Part shown: piece after piece, positions 60,801-64,000 of the stretch
Layout: each line of letters starts with the position of its first letter
Position numbering within the stretch: position 1 is the stretch's first letter
From: Octopus sinensis
Taxonomy: Eukaryota
Assembly (NCBI RefSeq): GCF_006345805.1
Contig: NC_043012.1
Coordinates: forward strand, 29,946,001 to 30,010,000
Reading direction: 5' to 3'
DNA: 64,000 nt
The notes under the pieces: model-generated
Database searches by the model: none
What the model was told of the DNA's origin: nothing
Seen by the model: only the letters and a program-made list of their open reading frames with translations
Translations under genes and position numbers: made by a program

Positions 60801-62296
60801 TGATATATACATACATATATGTATATACATACACTCAAAATATATATATTTATTAAATTTATTTCCATTTATCTATTATCAGAAAGGTTAAGTAATTAGA
60901 GTTATGTTATGGGAAGCTTAATAATTTCTAGAATTGATCGGTTAAGAGGTCAAATAAAGAGAAAAGTTGAACGAAGGAGTGAAGAGAAAAAGAATAAAAA
61001 TATAATGAAATAAAATGTAGTAGAATATACTGGAGTGTATATTGGGTATTTGTTATAATGAAGCATAATATGTTTGTAATTATTAACTAAAATAAGTCAA
61101 TTGGAGATTATATCTTTATGTGTAGGAATATCATATTACATTATATGAAGAAAAAATGCAATATTTGTATTTAAGAAGGATTTTATTTTTTTGCTAAGGT
61201 AGATTGGCTTAGAACTATTTAGCAGTTAAAGCAAGTGTTGATATTTAAAGATAATTCAACAAATATGAATTATAATATAATTTTTATTCTGTAAAAATAA
61301 GAAATAATGCCTATGCTAGGAATTTATAGGTCAGGAGATGTTATATATATTATGAAAGAAATAAAGTTGACTGGTTTACATATATTATGCATATGTTTGA
61401 AATACAGTCACCCCTCATCGTATTGCAGTTCATTTATCGCACACTCAGCACATCAGGGATTCTTATCATTCCTTCGCATTGTACTTGTTTTACATGTTTG
61501 TTTTTTTATAAATGCAATGCCCTACGTGTTTTTCGGCCCCTTACAACATATATCACTTTTCCATACTTTTATTTATTTATTTATACCAACCCGTATAACG
61601 GTCTTAATAGCTTGCCCTTTGTTTTTAAATTTAACTGACCAATTATATCGAACACTGGACCTTGGTCAATCCCATTATGGGCAATAGGTGGTTGGACTTC
61701 ATCACATATCAGTAAGTAAATAATTGAAATTGTCAGGCACTTTATTATGATAAAAACTATTAATTACTACTATAAACATAATTATTAAGAACTATTATGA
61801 TTTCTTCAAAATGTTATGGTACTCTCAGTCCCTCTTTGACTAAACCAATTAAGGTTATCCCATTATTGTAAATTTTCAAATCTTTTATTACTTATCCACC
61901 CTAATACCCCCATAAAAAAATCAACTCACCAATTACTATTTAAGTTTAGTCATTTACTCAATGTCCCAAAGCAACCCATAAGCAAAATGCTATGATTTTT
62001 AAAATCATATTCAGCCTTTCCTTTTCCTCTCGAGGCTCCTCTTCTTTTTTCTTTTCTTTTCTTTTATGTATTTTTCTTCACTCTGATGAAGCTCCATGTT
62101 CCAGACCAGATTTATTACCAAATATGATGAATAGTATTTTTAGAATTTTCAATGGCAATACCACATAACATTGGAAGCAGAAACAGCTGTTAGGTGGGAT
62201 GCAGTCTATTTGTATTGAATTAAAAAATAATAATTGATGTAAGTCAATTGTTGTTGATTGATATTTCTCCATTTTCTGTTTACTTTTAATTATATC

Positions 62297-62330
<34 letters not shown>

Positions 62331-62342
62331 TGCTTACATACA

Positions 62343-63440
62343 TATATTAGATTGGAACAAAAGACCATAATGTTTTATTACATAAAATTCAAAAACAATA
62401 TTTAGATATTCGACCATATATGTTCCATTCTGCTCTAGTACCTTTCACCATCTTCGAGACACCTTCGTGGATCTTGGCATCTTTCTCAGTCTGAATTGCT
62501 CTAAATGGTTTTTTACTGTCTTCCAAAGAACTCAAATTCTTCCCATTAAGAGAATTTTCTTAGGATCAAAGTAAATGGTAATCGTCAGGTGAGTGTTGTA
62601 GGACATCCCAACCTGGCTTTGCCAATTTTTGTCAGGTCTGCAAGGAAATATGAAGTCTAGTGTTGTTCTCAAAAAAGACAACATCCTTCAAATTGGTTAA
62701 TTCTGGATGGTTTTCATTGATTGCTTCCTTTAATTGGTCTAATTGGGAACAATAATTATCTGAATCCAGTATTTGATTTTGTAGAAGGTGCTTGCAATAC
62801 ACAATATCCTTCCAATCCCACCAGATATAGAGTGTTGTATTCTTTGGACATTGATCAGCTTCTGGTGTGATTAAAAGGGGATTCATTTTGTTTTCTCTAC
62901 GACATTTTTCACTCCACATTGTTATAAGCAATCTAATTTTTTATCCCTTGTGATTGGCCTTTTCAAAAATGGTTGCTTTTGTCGCATTTGAATGGAGAAT
63001 TGCAGATGGAAATGCTGTCCATTAGATTTTTGTCAGTTAAAATTATGATTCAACCAAACATAGCGATTCCTCTGTATCCAAGTGTTTCTAAATGCCTTAT
63101 AATGCTCGTGGGATATCTGAAGCAGCTCTGTAGTGTCTCATGTAATGTGACTTGGATTATTTTTGATTAGCATTTCATTTAGGTCATCATCCATCACTGC
63201 ATCCCTGCCAGAACGTTCATGGGCTTCCAAATGAAAATTGCTAAACCCAGCAAACTACTTACAAACAGTTCTCTCAGCAACATCAACTCTATGAATTGCA
63301 CATGCCTTTTTTTTTTTTGTTGTTTGTACAGTAGTTTTTTTCTTTCCAGAAATAGAAGAGCATCAAATGCCAAAAATGCATCTCATTTTTAATATAAAAA
63401 CAGTAGAAATAAAACCATTCCTACATAATCCTATAAATTA
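62343..63440 (-). mobile_element. Decayed mariner transposon
   Basis: LYIWWDWKDIVY...YCSQLDQLKEAI...VVFFENNTR (62632-62931) and HERSGR upstream; TIR-like TATTAGATTGGAACAAAAG at 62344. Ends are approximate. Confidence 0.8.
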
Positions 63441-64000
63441 TGTATTTGGAGTCCATTTACTGGATGCAGGAGAATATTGTGCTGGAAATTGGTATTAAAA
63501 GAGTTAATAAACATTCCATTCCCAACTAAATAAACTGTTTAATCCAGACAAATCTCCTCTCAGTTTAACCATTTATTAAGATTATTTTACAAAAATTTGT
63601 TCTTATCAGAATTCTCCTGTTTTGGAAGCCACTCCTCCATAAAAGTAAGAATTTCTCGATCTCCACTCCTCAATTTCGGGGTTATTTCCATTGTTTTGTT
63701 TTTTTTTTTGCATTTTCTGTATTACTATAATCATTTTATTTTCCCTTCCTTATTAAAATGAAGCAGATGGTTTATTTTATTTTAGCAGAAACTCTCTTCT
63801 TTTTCTTTGAGCAGAAGATGAGTGGATGGGTGGTATTTATCGATTTCTTCTTAGATTCTACCAAAGAGAGTAATTTTTTAATTGCAATCATCTTGAATCT
63901 CATGCTGTCTTGCATTCATACCATCCATGCTGATTCTATCATCCTGAAACTTGCCCAAATTTGTTACCTTGAATTTTAAAAAAATTAATTTAGAACAAAA

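Noticed and set aside
61404-61440. TA-CAGTCACCCCTC Tigger/pogo-like terminus
   Set aside because: No matching opposite TIR found

Overview
Eukaryotic, AT-rich, microsatellite-laden genomic DNA. The repeat families and (TA)n/(CA)n/(GAT)n style suggest a coleoid cephalopod, probably Octopus; this is inference, not proven. One host gene is present: a minus-strand PTPN9/PTP-MEG2 orthologue (Sec14/CRAL-TRIO domain plus classical PTP domain). I traced 11 GT-AG coding exons from 51589 down to the stop at 17870 (2091 nt, 696 aa plus stop, all splice phases consistent). The first coding exon is not securely located. The rest is a transposon landscape: RTE-clade LINEs of at least two young subfamilies plus old relics, two CR1/L2-group LINEs (one with only a single nonsense codon in ORF2), two mariner relics, hAT- and TTAA-type MITEs, and several tRNA-derived SINE families. 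The most notable signals are: a C4HC3 PHD-type zinc finger inserted inside the RT domain of the RTE LINEs; two CpG-decayed minimal hammerhead ribozyme relics in a shared repeat; a 67-bp hairpin-bearing VNTR in the RTE 3' UTR; an 18-nt candidate microexon upstream of PTPN9; and a perfect 32-bp inverted repeat. No prokaryotic systems, CRISPR arrays, rRNA or true tRNA genes were seen.
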